Positions 1 through 12,577 are shown, counted from the whole stretch's first letter. The stretch is 63,869 nt of DNA, filler included, from Octopus bimaculoides (GCF_001194135.2; 6 parts of 6 records of this genome joined end to end with filler, not necessarily neighbours in it); one strand, 5' to 3'. Numbers and translations: made by a program. The notes: a model not told the origin generated them from the letters alone.

Positions 1-2
1 TA

Positions 3-36
<34 letters not shown>

Positions 37-235
37 CTCTGAAACTCTATTTCCTCTCTAATGATATTCAGAACTGACCTATATTCACAGATCGTCTAAA
101 AAAAACTAAATAAGCGTTGCTATATGTGTCTGAGACGATATTAAAAGGTAAACTATTGACTCGTAAATTCGAATGCAAAATGATATTTCTCGCAACATAT
201 CATTTCGTGATTTTACAAGACCGAATACCTGTAAA

Positions 236-428
236 GTTGGTTTCAAATTTGGACACAAGGCCAGCAAGTTTGGGGGATGAGGTAAGTCGATTGCATCGAC
301 CCCAGTGTTCAACTGACACTTAGTTTATTGACGACCTCAGCGGAATTTGATCTTAATTCGAAAAGACGGACGAAATAAGGCAATGCATTTTCTGCGGAGT
401 GCTAAAGATTCTGCCAGCTATCCGCTTT
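236..428 (-). mobile_element. SINE-B (tRNA-derived SINE), degenerate, tail variant B3
   Basis: Reverse complement matches the in-window SINE-B pattern (agctggcagaatc...ttagcac...aaattccgc...ggggtcgat...aatcgact); tail ggccttgtg.ccaaatttgaaacc; head abuts a (TAA)n array. Confidence 0.8.
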
Positions 429-610
429 ATAATAATAATAGTGGCAATAATAATAATTATGATGATGATGATAATAGACATTATCTCACTTATTACTTCC
501 CCTATCATTCCCAATTGAATCTGTAGCTATCGACAACTAAAAGTACAACAACAGCGTCAACGATATCTATTTACAAAGTCTTGAATTGACAATATCAGTA
601 ATTAAAAGTT

Positions 611-778
611 GTAGGCGCAGGAGTGGCTGTGTGGTAAGTAGCTTGCTTACCAACCACATGGTTCCAGGTTCAGTCCCACTGCGTGGCACCTTGGGCAAGT
701 GTCTTCTACTATAGCCTCGGGCCGACCAAAGCCTTGTGAGTGGATTTGGTAGACGGAAACTGAAAGAAGCCCGTCGTA
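611..778 (+). mobile_element. SINE-A 5' half (tRNA-like head plus CORE-like segment)
   Basis: gtaggcgcaggagtggctgtgtggt...ggttcagtccc (A/B-box-like) then gcaccttgggcaagtgtcttc; nearly identical to 55182-55330 and 63421-63814; runs into (AT)n and an N gap. Confidence 0.9.
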
Positions 779-809
<31 letters not shown>

Positions 810-1263
810 NNNNNNNNNNNNNNNNNNNNNNNNNNNNNNNNNNNNNNNNNNNNNNNNNNNNNNNNNNNNNNNNNNNNNNNNNNNNNNNNNNNNNNNNNNN
901 NNNNNNNNNNNNNNNNNNNNNNNNNNNNNNNNNNNNNNNNNNNNNNNNNNNNNNNNNNNNNNNNNNNNNNNNNNNNNNNNNNNNNNNNNNNNNNNNNNNN
1001 NNNNNNNNNNNNNNNNNNNNNNNNNNNNNNNNNNNNNNNNNNNNNNNNNNNNNNNNNNNNNNNNNNNNNNNNNNNNNNNNNNNNNNNNNNNNNNNNNNNN
1101 NNNNNNNNNNNNNNNNNNNNNNNNNNNNNNNNNNNNNNNNNNNNNNNNNNNNNNNNNNNNNNNNNNNNNNNNNNNNNNNNNNNNNNNNNNNNNNNNNNNN
1201 NNNNNNNNNNNNNNNNNNNNNNNNNNNNNNNNNNNNNNNNNNNNNNNNNNNNNNNNNNNNNNN

Positions 1264-1312
1264 ATGCGTGTGTATGGAGTGTGTGTGTATATGGTCATGT
1301 GTTTTCGTCTCC

Positions 1313-1353
<41 letters not shown>

Positions 1354-1768
1354 CGTGCGTGTGTATGCTTGTCTGTCCCTATTACCTACCTACCTACATA
1401 CATACCTACCTATCTACCTACCTACATACATACATACATACATGCATACATNNNNNNNNNNATGTATGTGTGTGTGTGTATGCATGTATGTATGCATGTA
1501 TGTGTGTATGTACATATGCATGTATGTATTCTGCATATTCATGTTTTCGTGTGTGTGTGCACGTGCTTGTGGTTTTGTGCATGTATGTATGGTTGTACGT
1601 ATTTCTGTGTATACCTCTGCTTCCTTGGGTGTGCGTATCTGAGTGTCTCTGTGCATGAGATTGTGTGATTTTGTACGTGCGTTTGTTATGTATAGCTGTG
1701 TATCCATATGTGTCTGTGTATGCGTGTGTATGGAGTGTGTGTGTATATGGTCATGTGTTTTCGTCTCC

Positions 1769-1809
<41 letters not shown>

Positions 1810-1930
1810 CGTGCGTGTGTATGCTTGTCTGTCCCTATTACCTACCTACCTACATACATACCTACCTATCTACCTACCTACATACATACATACATACATG
1901 CATACATACATACATACATGCATACATACA
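1264..1930. repeat. Near-identical direct duplication (1264-1451 vs about 1714-1910) across a 10-N gap
   Basis: atgcgtgtgtatggagtgtgtgtgtatatggtcatgtgttttcgtctccttg...gtccctattacctacc occurs twice; probably assembly redundancy. Confidence 0.8.
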
Positions 1931-2019
1931 TACCTATGTATCTGTCAGTTTACATACATATATATTTACCTACTTGACTGCCTATCAGCAAATGTACTTG
2001 TGTATAATTTGTAGGTATT

Positions 2020-2440
2020 GGAGTATCTCTACCTTCTGCGTGTATTTCCTATTTAGTACGGGGGACGTTTCACTTATGAGGATGTACTCCTGGATTTGTT
2101 AGAGTGATGGGTCCTTCTGGTACTTGAATAAAATGCGGATGTCAAGTTGGCCCAGTGTGCCTCCATGTTGGTCTTCGACATGTTGATAGAGCAAGGAGAA
2201 CTCTTTCTCCTCCTCATATTGCCCCAAGTGACTGTTTATTCTTTCCGCTATACTTCTAGATGTCTCTCTAACGTATGCCGTGTTTTTGTCCTTACAAGCA
2301 CTTTCTATGTACCTTATGTCGTAGACTACAATTCTAGTTCTACGGTTAATGTGATAGTTAATCTTATATACCATGCAGTTCTCGTTAGTACATATAGTAT
2401 TTTCGAAAGACCAATATGGAGACACAATGGGCCGACTTGA
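2020..2440 (-). pseudogene. Penelope-like element GIY-YIG endonuclease remnant
   Basis: Minus frame reads ..RIVVYDIRYIESACKDKNTAYVRETSRSIAERINSHL..LYQHVEDQHGG..KYQKDPSL*QIQEYILISETSPVLNRK, fitting the PLE pattern VVY..C..YIGETSR..ER..EH..R.I.E..I...P.LN; contains stops. Confidence 0.7.
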
Positions 2441-2628
2441 TATCCGCATGACTATATATACACACACACTCCACACATGCAAAGACACAAATGGAGACAC
2501 ATCCATACATAATAGAGGCACGTACATAATCACAGAAAGTCATACACAGACACATTCAAACACGCACACGCAAGGAAGCAGAGGTACACACTAATACACA
2601 CATACATACACATACATACATACATACA

Positions 2629-2660
<32 letters not shown>

Positions 2661-2759
2661 CACACACAAACACACAAGCATGCGCACCCACACGTACACG
2701 CACAAACACGAATATGCAGAATACATACATTACATACGTAAATACATGTATACACACGT

Positions 2760-2829
<70 letters not shown>

Positions 2830-3189
2830 GTATATACATACACACACGTGCACACACAAGCACACACCCACGCATGCAACACAATCTCAAACAGACAAAA
2901 AGAATGCATCTCCGATAACGGGCAGAGTCGACATCTATTGATAATGTAGCAAAAGCAACGAAAATTTTCGGAAGACACACACAAAAAAGTAACAATAATA
3001 AATGAGTAGAAATTGAACTGGTGAAAGTGTTAGATATTAAGTCAGTAACGATAAATTACAAGACTCACTACAAATACAAATTCTTCTTCAAAAAATTTAC
3101 CTCAAAGATTCCCATTTAACTAATGTTTTTTAAAGTAATATTTTTCAATAATACTTTTCATTAAAGATTTTTAAAATAATGAGTAAAGA

Positions 3190-3645
3190 ATTCGTGAGAA
3201 CTGCTCACTAGACAGTAGCTGTCTGACAAAGTTGATAGTATACAGCATCAAGGTTGAATCGGACAGTAGAAATGGGCCTAAATTATATATTGGGGCAACG
3301 GAACTTTCATTAAAAGAACAGTTATTACAAGCACAAGCATTCACTTTTCAACCCTTGAAGAAAATGCGCTATGACTTTTTCGGAGGTCATATGGTTCTAG
3401 CGTGAGATATGCCCTCACGAATTCAAAATTACCTGGTATATTTATGTAGCACGCAACCATGTAGGAACGGGAGATTTAAATCATAGATGCAGCGTGACCT
3501 TTGTTTGATCGAAAAATTGAGAAATTTTTCTGAAAGCAATAACAGTTTAAACCAAGTAACTGAGCTGCTATTTTTTTATTTTTTTTACAAGCCTTCTATA
3601 ATTTCGTTTTAGTTCAGAAAAACCCGTTGGTTTCGAAATGTTTAA
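3190..3645 (+). pseudogene. Penelope-like element C-terminal GIY-YIG remnant plus degenerate hammerhead
   Basis: From 3202: CSLDSSCLTKLIVYSIKVESDSRNGPKLYIGATELSLKEQ, later EFKITWYI, LCLIEKL and NSLNQVTEL, matching CPL.G.CL...IVY..YIG.TE..FK..I.W.I..C.LCL.EK..LN; frameshifted. Decayed HHR-like ttcagaaaaacccgttggtttcgaaatgtt at 3613-3642. Confidence 0.75.
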
Positions 3646-5829
3646 TTCATATATTTTATTGATATATGTTTTAATATGCGTGGATGTGGATCTATGTGTG
3701 CGTACATACATACATACATACATACATACATACATACATACGCATAAATATATAATTCTTCGAAGATACGTGCTTATGAATGTATATGTGCATAAGTATT
3801 CGTCTGCATTGACACGTGCTAAATGAAAGTACACACGTAATTTTTAAAAACCACAAATAAAATTATTACTAAAAAGTATTACTTTAAAACATTATTTACA
3901 CTGAAACTTCATGACTTCGACTGAATGAAGTTTCAGGCATTTATAATATCACCACGAGACCAGAAATGGAATCAAAAACATGATCTTGAAGCAGCTATTC
4001 TTGCACTTGTCACTCACAAAGATTTGTTTTTAAATGAATAAATAAAGATAAGCGTTTTCTTCAAGCTTCCATTTCATATTTCAAAAAATATTTAAACAGA
4101 ATATTTCAAAAGAAAAGTAGGCTCGATTTACCAGCTGATGCTAGAAAACGAGAAACTCTGAGTGCTTGGAATTGGAGCCCTTCAGTCATAATGTGTGTAT
4201 GAATGTGTGTATGTGTGTGTGCACGCTCGCACTTGTGTGTGTACACATACAAGCAAATATGTGGCCTAGTATGTAGGGTGTCCGGCTCATAATTATAAAT
4301 GCCATGGATGCATTTCATAAACTGAACCACGCGTTGTGGCCTGGAGCAAAGCATTTCCTTTTACACTGCTTCAACCTACTCAGCCGAAATAATAGTACCA
4401 GCCGCGTGATGCAGCAGCACACACTTTCTTGGATGTACCACTTGGTCGTAGAGTGGGAGAGTCGAGAAGGCGCCTATGTGTGCTCGTGATTCTATTAGCA
4501 CCTGAAAGAATCCGAAAGCACGGTACGTGTTACTGAACCATACGCATGCGAGGATAATGGCTGGCACTTAACATCTAAGCATGTATTCATGTAACAGTGT
4601 GATAGAGCAAGAAGTATGGATACAAAGATACATAAAGACACACCCACACACATATGTATATACAAATTTATATGTGGTAGAGTGTACATATATATATATA
4701 AGTATATATATANNNNNNNNNNNNNNNNNNNNNNNNNNNNNNNNNNNNNNNNNNNNNNNNNNNNNNNNNNNNNNNNNNNNNNNNNNNNNNNNNNNNNNNN
4801 NNNNNNNNNNNNNNNNNNNNNNNNNNNNNNNNNNNNNNNNNNNNNNNNNNNNNNNNNNNNNNNNNNNNNNNNNNNNNNNNNNNNNNNNNNNNNNNNNNNN
4901 NNNNNNNNNNNNNNNNNNNNNNNNNNNNNNNNNNNNNNNNNNNNNNNNNNNNNNNNNNNNNNNNNNNNNNNNNNNNNNNNNNNNNNNNNNNNNNNNNNNN
5001 NNNNNNNNNNNNNNNNNNNNNNNNNNNNNNNNNNNNNNNNNNNNNNNNNNNNNNNNNNNNNNNNNNNNNNNNNNNNNNNNNNNNNNNNNNNNNNNNNNNN
5101 NNNNNNNNNNNNNNNNNNNNNNNNNNNNNNNNNNNNNNNNNNNNNNNNNNNNNNNNNNNNNNNNNNNNNNNNNNNNNNNNNNNNNNNNNNNNNNNATATA
5201 TATAATTCAGAATGGGACAAGAACGAAAAATATCCAGACAGTTAGGTTATACAAGAAAGGTACAAAACCTCCAGATAGACGATACAAAGAAAACACGGAC
5301 AGGTTATTCGGAGTTTTCTTTCTTCAGTCGAGATCCAGATTATCCTTGCAATTTCGGCTGGCTATTCTCGATATTGCTCCAATCTGGCCAGCCCCAAGGA
5401 AAACCTAAGCTAAGAGCATTAGATTCCTTGGAAGAAAGCAGCGAATGTGTACGAAAGTAAAGACGGAAGAAAAACCAACAATGTTACACAAATACAATAA
5501 AAATAATAAAAATAATAACAGCACATAACAACAGATGTCTTTCGACTAAGGACGAATTAAATTAAGCTGACGTGTGTGGAAATAAAGCCTAACGGCAGGG
5601 ATACAAGGTTTCATAGGCACAGGGAGGAATAACGATGTTGCACGCACAACGGCCGACGAAGAAAGAAAGATCAGGCTTGACCGAATACGGGTCACGTGGG
5701 AAGAGAAGAGAGAGAGGTAGAGGCAGAGGAAAAATTAAGGAGGGGCGAGAAAAAATAACAGGTACACAGTGAAGTGAACAGAGGAGGGAAAGTGAACAAG
5801 AAGAGAAGGCAAGGAAATATATATAGATG

Positions 5830-5917
<88 letters not shown>

Positions 5918-5948
5918 AAGAAAGAGATAAATATATATATATATATAA

Positions 5949-5979
<31 letters not shown>

Positions 5980-6289
5980 CGCGCGCGCGCTCATATGATA
6001 CATACTTGCCTGTGCCAGGAGTAGGCGTGCTTCTTATCTTCAGGTTATACATATATGTACGATACTGTGTGTGGTGTAAACGTATGCGTGTTTTTTTGTT
6101 TTTTTTGTGAGTGTGAGTTATAGAAATGCATGTAAAATTTTGTGTTAAAAGAGAAACATGTGTTTGTTCCAAATAATGTAAAGGTCTATACAACGTCGTA
6201 CATGTGGTACATATGATTCTAATACAGGAAATCGGCCTCTGACCTCTTCTTTTACGGGCAATGCCAAATATTCTCTTAGTTCTTATCGT

Positions 6290-6560
6290 TTATCTTTCAT
6301 TTACTTCCTTCACTAGTTTGACTGCAGTCATGCTGGGGGCGAATGGACCTTAGTCCTTCTTTCTAAAGTTTTGTACTTTTACCGAACCGCTAAGTTACGG
6401 GACATAAACATACTAATATTGGTCTTCAAGCGGTGGTGTTACAGACACATGCACAAAGATGCACAAAGATGCACACATATGTGTGTCTTGATCACTGCGG
6501 AGCAATAGAAGATACTTTCCCAAGTGGAACTGAAACCAAAACCACGTAGTTGCTATAAAA
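6290..6560 (-). mobile_element. SINE-A, degenerate
   Basis: ttgactgcagtcatgctggg...ccgaaccgctaagttacgggacataaac...tagaagatactttcccaag...ggaactgaaacc match reverse SINE-A. Confidence 0.7.
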
Positions 6561-6759
6561 CCTAAATGAATTGGTAATGAGTGAAAAGTCTGAGGATTTG
6601 GTTACGTGTTTTTGCATCTTTTACCGTTGACTCCAAATTTCACCCCAAATCATATACACTCCAATTCTTATTCTCAAATTAGCATTTTCGGATTCTACTA
6701 GATCTTCGATTATTATTAAAGAGAACTCGCCAAGACATATTGCCTTCTCATTTTATAAA

Positions 6760-7150
6760 GTTATTTGTTCCAATTGAATATGTAATTTTACAATGACTGA
6801 TGTCTTTAAATTTCTAATAATTTATTCTATTACATGCTCGTAGTATTAAAGATTTTCGGTCCATCAGGTAGAAATTTGATGATACATTAAGAATCAACCT
6901 TGCGCAAAATGAAATCTTACTTAGCGGTCTGTCATACAGTTTCTGTTCATGCATTCTTCATAGGGCGTTTATTTTCATAAATCTTAATTTGTATTTATTA
7001 ATCCTTTACATATACGCTGCACTATGTAGTTGATCTGAATGGGCTTTTTAAATGATTTAATATGGCCAAAAAGGACTATCAACTGTTCAGTTATTACTTT
7101 ATACCCGTTAAAAGCATTAGGAAAGTAAAATACAAATAAACTTCAGTCAC
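6760..7150 (-). pseudogene. Possible highly decayed CR1/L2-group LINE 3' fragment
   Basis: Scattered minus-frame pieces VQRICKGLIN and KFLPDGPKIFN resemble IWKILEGLV and DPQLFN of the LINE at 36490-37412; many stops. Confidence 0.3.
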
Positions 7151-7403
7151 GGTTGTAAAGAAACATATTCAACTTCCATTTCTTTTTTAATAGTAAATAT
7201 GATTTCTTATACAGATATAAGTTTTTCTCAACGGAATAGCTTATATTATTCATACAAATACATATATAAATAAATTTATATAATGGGTATTACTACAGAA
7301 AAAATAATAATATAAATATATATATACGCACGTGTCTATGTTGTATGTATGTATCTCCTCTCTTTCTTTCCCTCACTACATGTATGTTTATATAAATATA
7401 TGC

Positions 7404-7451
<48 letters not shown>

Positions 7452-7755
7452 GCATACATACATACATACATACATACATACATACATACATACATACATA
7501 CATNNNNNNNNNNNNNNNNNNNNNNNNNNNNNNNNNNNNNNNNNNNNNNNNNNNNNNNNNNNNNNNNNNNNNNNNNNNNNNNNNNNNNNNNNNNNNNNNN
7601 NNNNNNNNNNNNNNNNNNNNNNNNNNNNNNNNNNNNNNNNNNNNNNNNNNNNNNNNNNNNNNNNNNNNNNNNNNNNNNNNNNNNNNNNNNNNNNNNNNNN
7701 NNNNNNNNNNNNNNNNNNNNNNNNNNNNNNNNNNNNNNNNNNNNNNNNNNCTCTA

Positions 7756-8118
7756 GACCCCATATGGTCTGACCACTAAGAAAAATTGTTCTCAAGAAAA
7801 CTCTCAAGTAATTTCCGACTTCGGCGCGCCAAAACGAAGACATTTGAAATATACCCCCAAATATAATTGATAGAACTGTATGCATGTTCTCTTTCTCTGG
7901 AGGACGTCTCGTGTATAGTTCTGCAAATTATATTTTCTATGACGGTCACACTGAAGATTTGCAGACATTTACGTAATGTAAATGTTAACAATGAAATCTG
8001 GTATGTGACTAATCATTATATTTTGTATCTTTTCATTTGTCTTGCTCGCTTTATGTTCTGGCGTTTGCCGAATTTTTTGTGAGTATAATTTTTCTTAGTG
8101 GTTAGACCATATGGGGTC
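7756..8118. mobile_element. MITE / non-autonomous DNA transposon with about 32-bp TIRs and TA target duplication
   Basis: ta|gaccccatatggtctgaccactaagaaaaatt ... aatttttcttagtggttagaccatatggggtc|ta; TA TSD is typical of the Tc1/mariner superfamily. Confidence 0.85.
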
Positions 8119-8199
8119 TACATTTAGCATATTAGGAGTCCACATAGTGGTCATACCTCTTATATGTACGTAATATAATTTTCTGAACTTTCAGATTTT

Positions 8200-8696
8200 T
8201 TCAGTATGCTAGGCCACTGGTTTAAATTGATATTAATCTAATATTCCTAATGGAATATGATAAATGTATCTAGGCCACTTCCCAGAAAGGAAAACTGAAG
8301 ACCTTACATTCAGTGGTGTCAGATGTTGACACAGTTATAAAACAATTTGAGCAGGAACAAACTTACAAATACCCCGGAATAAATGAGGCCTCTGGCATGA
8401 AAGAGATCAGGAAGGAAACGTTACAGGAGAGTTCGAGTAGTCCTAAAATCCGAGTTAAATGCACGTAACAGGGTGTTAGCCATAAATTACTTAGCAGTTC
8501 CCGTTGTTATTTATAGTTTCAAAGTGTTGAACTGGAATATCAGCGAAATAAGGAAAATTGACAGGAAAATCCTTAAGCTGCTGAATTTATGTTTCCAGAG
8601 TCCAAAGAGGTCGAGGCTAGATCCAATCTGAAATCTCTTACAAAACCACTACAACTGGACTGGCAAAATATCTTGAAACATCTAACGATTGGATGC
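8200..8696 (+). pseudogene. R4/Dong-type non-LTR retrotransposon RT thumb fragment
   Basis: MEYDKC..KGKL..DVDTVIKQFEQEQTYKYPGINEASG..KSELNARNRVLAINYLAVPVVIYSF..NWNISEIRKIDRKILKLL (with frameshifts); ends in (TAA)n at 8697. Confidence 0.8.
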
Positions 8697-8751
<55 letters not shown>

Positions 8752-8752
<1 letters not shown>

Positions 8753-8825
8753 TTCATGGTGGATATATTGGGTTTCGTATATTTGTACTCCAGTGTCACT
8801 GATAGCACGCACTACTCTTTCACTC
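8752..8825 (+). mobile_element. About 74-bp 3' end of a (TAA)n-tailed retroelement
   Basis: Matches the reverse complement of about 34019-34090; bracketed by (TAA)n arrays on both sides. Confidence 0.7.
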
Positions 8826-8878
<53 letters not shown>

Positions 8879-8879
<1 letters not shown>

Positions 8880-9062
8880 TTCCATTATAGACACAAGGCC
8901 TGGAATTTGGAGGAGGGGTAAGTCGATTATATTAACCCCAGTAATCATCTGGCACTTATTTTCTCGACCCCAAAAGGATGAAAAGCAAAGATGGCCTAGG
9001 CGGAATTTGAAATCAACACGTTAAGACGGCGTGCTAACGACTTTTCCAGCTCGTCCCTCACC
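8879..9062 (-). mobile_element. SINE-B, tail variant B1 with (ATT)n tail
   Basis: cattatagacacaaggcctggaattt...agtcgatt...tcgaccccaaaaggatgaaaagcaaag...gtgctaacgac..ccagctcg. Confidence 0.8.
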
Positions 9063-9104
9063 TTAAATAATAATAATGATGATGATAATAATGTAAAATG
9101 AGAT

Positions 9105-10325
9105 AATAGGGATAGACCCGCTAGCCATACCAGTCATAAATTACATCTTCAACATAAACTGGAGGGTCAGTGAATTGAGAAACTTAGAAAAACTACAAAG
9201 CTATTAACAGCATACCGACGTCGCCACTTAAAACCAGACATAAACAGAATATAGCTACCTTGTTCAGAAGGAAGCCGTAGACTAATATACAAAATAACTA
9301 TTATAAAATAACAACAGCTAGAGTAGAAACGCTTTTCTCTATACATAAGGCCGCAACAAAATACAAAACAGAAACAAACTACACTGATACATTGACCTCA
9401 GAAGACAACAGCAGAAATGGTCAGAGACAAAAAAACAACATGGAAACAGAACTACAAAACATACTAAATAAGAAATGGAGAGGAAAACCACTTCATGGCC
9501 AATACCTTGTAAGGCTTGACAGAGAAGAAGTGAGCCTAAGTAAAAACCAGCAATGGCTCGAAAGCTCTGGACTAAAATCTGAAACGGAAGGGCTGATTGT
9601 CGCTGCACAAGACCAATGTCTCACTACGAACAACTATAAAAGCAACTGAAAACAGACCCTAACACCAAATGTAGAATGTGCAGCCAGCACAATGAGATAG
9701 CTGGCTACATCATATCTGGTTGTCCAGTCCATGCCAAATCTGAATATATATTGACACAGCCGACTAAGTAGTTATATCCACTGGACAATATGCCAACACT
9801 ACAACATAAAAACTGGCAATAGTATAAACATGTGCCAAACAAGGTACAAGACAATGACCATGCCACAGTCATCTGGGCTATACCTGTTTAAACCGACAAA
9901 GAAATAAAAGCTAATCGTCCCGACATAACAATCAAGGATTGGAAAAAAAAACACCTGTTTACTGATAGACTTTGTAGTCCCTTCTTACCAAAAAGAAGTG
10001 GAAAAAGTGTCATAGTACAAGCACCTCGGAATTGAAATATTCAAGATATGGGGCATGAAGGTGAAAACAATACCAGTCATAATTGGAGCATTGGGCATGG
10101 GAATAAAACATATGAACAAAAACGTAGAAGCTATACCTGGATCCTCAACATTAGACACTAAACTAGCCCCAAAATAGCCCCGTAAGGAACAGTCCACGTC
10201 TTATGCAAGACACTATCAAATTCAATAATACAACTCAAACAAAACACTCCACAAACACAAGACACACTCCATATAGCAGACATCCAATAAAATGAACTAC
10301 CACCAACAGGACAGTTATATAACTA
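9105..10325 (+). pseudogene. R4/Dong-type LINE 3' portion (RT end, CCHC knuckle, restriction-like endonuclease, 3' UTR)
   Basis: KTTKLLTAYRRRHLKPDINRI*LP.SEG..LI; LHGQYLVRLDREEVSLSKNQQWLESSGLKSETEGLIVAAQDQCLTTNNYK; KCRMC..IISGCP; RPDITIKDW..LLIDFVVP; KTIPVIIGALG; GTVHVLCKTLS. This is RLE-clade C-terminal architecture, with stops and frameshifts. Confidence 0.9.
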
Positions 10326-10328
10326 CAA

Positions 10329-10449
10329 GCGCAGGCGTGATTATGTGATAAGAAGCTTGCTTCTCAACCACGTGTTCTGGGTTCAGTCTCACTGCGTGGC
10401 ACCTTTGGCAAGTGATTTCTGCTATAGCCTCGGGCTGAAAAAAGACTGT

Positions 10450-10487
<38 letters not shown>
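10329..10487 (+). mobile_element. SINE-A 5' half interrupted in its (GT)n core by the Gypsy element
   Basis: gcgcaggcgtg..tgtgataagaagcttgcttc.caaccacgtg..ggttcagtctcactgcgtggcacctttggcaagtg; ttgacaactgatg of the SINE 3' half resumes at about 14560. Confidence 0.8.
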
Positions 10488-10493
<6 letters not shown>

Positions 10494-11273
10494 GCCGAAC
10501 GCGCGGTCTCCCCAAACCACCTGCAACACAACAGTCTGTGTCCGATAGCTTAGAAGACCGCGTAGGCGAGCTCAGCAAACCAACTTGCTTAGAGCGGAAG
10601 AAGCAGTAGTCAAAGAAGTCAGAAAAGTTGAAAATAACAAACAGAACCGTTGAGTATAACCAAAATACAAGAACTTTATTTAAGTGGCGAATAAACATTT
10701 ATGGAATAAAGAAACAGTTCTTTAGAGAGTTTTTAGAGAGTTCTTTCATTCTTCTCTAAAATGTGTAAACTTCTTTTGGTGAGCTCTTCTTTTATTCACC
10801 AATCTAATGATTCATTTTCTATTTCTTCTTTTATCTTTTTTTCCGCCTTCTTCACCTTGCCAACATCACACTATTTTTTTCAGCAAGTTCAAAACCTTCA
10901 ATCTTACAAAGACATCAACTCCATACTCTATACCAAATACTGTGTCAACTGATCTATACTCTGACACAGTATTTCGTCCACATCGACCGAATTGCACAGA
11001 CTACTATATAAAACCGGTCACGTCGACTTTCATCACATCAACGTCGCATATGGTCTTCCAGCGCGAAATCACTGGCCACGTCCGCAATAGTAGTCTTTAT
11101 ACTTCGCTCACACCGTAAAAGCACGACAAAAATCATACCACTTACGCTTTAAACTGTCACGTGACCACAAAGAATTATTCTTTCGTCTTCGCTTGCAAAA
11201 CCAGAGAGCGGTGTTCTAATTCGCGTCGTACAAATGAGAAATTATGTGAATATAATTTTTGTTGTTCGTAACA
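10488..11273 (-). repeat. 3' LTR (786 bp, includes about 400 bp absent from the other LTR)
   Basis: tgttatgccg...ttcgtaaca; 10488-10680 and about 11065-11190 align with 14143-14518. Confidence 0.85.
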
Positions 11274-11276
11274 CAA

Positions 11277-11291
11277 CACCCCGCCCCATTA
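11277..11291 (-). promoter_or_regulatory. Polypurine tract
   Basis: Minus strand aatggggcggggtg just inside the 3' LTR boundary. Confidence 0.75.
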
Positions 11292-11559
11292 AGCTTTTGT
11301 CGACCCGACAAAAGTACACAACATTTACAACTATTCATTAATCATATATGAAATTATCTTTGGGTTTAAGGGTGGCTCTTTTCTTTGCCGCTTCCGAGGA
11401 CGGCCTTTTCCCCCACTTAGATCCCTCCTTATTGGCATGTCAATTTTTTTTCCTTTTGGTTTACAGTGACTGTCTTGCTCTTGCTCTTATTCTCTCTCCT
11501 CCTCCCCAGTACCTTTGTCAACTGATGTGTCCAACCTCTGATGGGGGTCCCAGCTGAAC

Positions 11560-11740
11560 TGGCCAGACCCATGTTACTTCCACAGACGGTTCACATGCAC
11601 AATTTTACGACGAGACCTCTTACTTCCTCGAATCCGGTACGTCACATCGGACAGGCGATTCCTCACACTATAGGGACCTTCCTATGGACTCTGCAGCTTC
11701 GGCGACTGTCTTCTATTCTGCTGGGAGTTATGAAACTACA
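11560..11740 (-). pseudogene. Gypsy integrase C-terminal (GPY/F) remnant
   Basis: FHNSQQNRRQSPKLQSP*EGPYSVRNRLSDVTYRIRGSKRSRRKIVHVNRLW. Confidence 0.85.
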
Positions 11741-12066
11741 GTGAAGGCGCGTGGCTTAGTGGTTAGGGTATTCGTCTCACGATCGTAAGGTCGTGAGTTC
11801 CATTCCCGGCGACGCGTTGTGTCCTCGAGCAAGACACTTTAGTTCACGTTGCTCCAGTCCACTCAGCTGGCAAAAATGAGTAGTACCTGTATTTCAAAGG
11901 GCCAATTTTGTCACACTCTGTGTCATGCTGAATCTTCCTGAGAATTACATTAAGGGCACACGTGTCTGTGGAGTGCTCAGCCACTTGCACGTTAATTTCA
12001 CGAGCAGGCTGTTCCGTTGATCGGATCAGCTGGGACCCTCGTCGTTGTAACCGACGGAGTGCTCCT
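11741..12066 (+). mobile_element. SINE-C, head H2 plus tail T1, nested in Gypsy pol
   Basis: gtgaaggcgcgtggcttagtggttagggt..gacgcgttgtgtcctcgagcaagacac then gtgtctgtggagtgctcagccacttgcacgttaatttcacgagcaggctgttccgttgatcgg, nearly identical to the tails at 21943 and 24530. Confidence 0.9.
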
Positions 12067-12109
12067 CACTTCCACACCAGGAAAACCTGACTGCGACCTG
12101 AGCGCAGCG

Positions 12110-12500
12110 CCTTAAACCGCTCGATAATCCACACAACATCTCACCATACCGTCTTTCTTCTACTAATACAACTGCTGATTTCCATGGACTGCACGATTTT
12201 TCTACTCCTCCCTGGCGTCGATATTCTTCCATCACTTCTTCCATTTCCCATCGCTGAACTGGGGCCATCTTCCGAGCAGATTGGGCGTTGACCTCCAGTG
12301 TTGATATGGTGTTCCACCAGGTCCGTGCAACCAAGATCATCATAGTGTCCGGTAACACCACACCAGTGCTCCAATGACTCGGGCAGATTTCGACGCTGTA
12401 ACACGTCGGGTCTCACAAAAGACTGCCCCGAAGCAGAATCAATCACAAGGGAACACTTCTGGCCGTTAATCCTTCCGTCTCCTTGTACACTATCAATCAC
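12110..12500 (-). pseudogene. Gypsy aspartic protease and start of reverse transcriptase
   Basis: GRINGQKCSLVIDSASGQSFVRPD (D-S-G-like site); GCTDLVEHHINTGG.RPI; VEKSCSPWKSAVVLV; KKDGMVRCCVDYRAV*. Confidence 0.85.
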
Positions 12501-12577
12501 AGCCTTTTTACGTTGTCTCGGAGATGGGGCTTCTTTGGAATATTTGCCTGGCTTCTGCCCTTTAGTATCAGCCCCTC

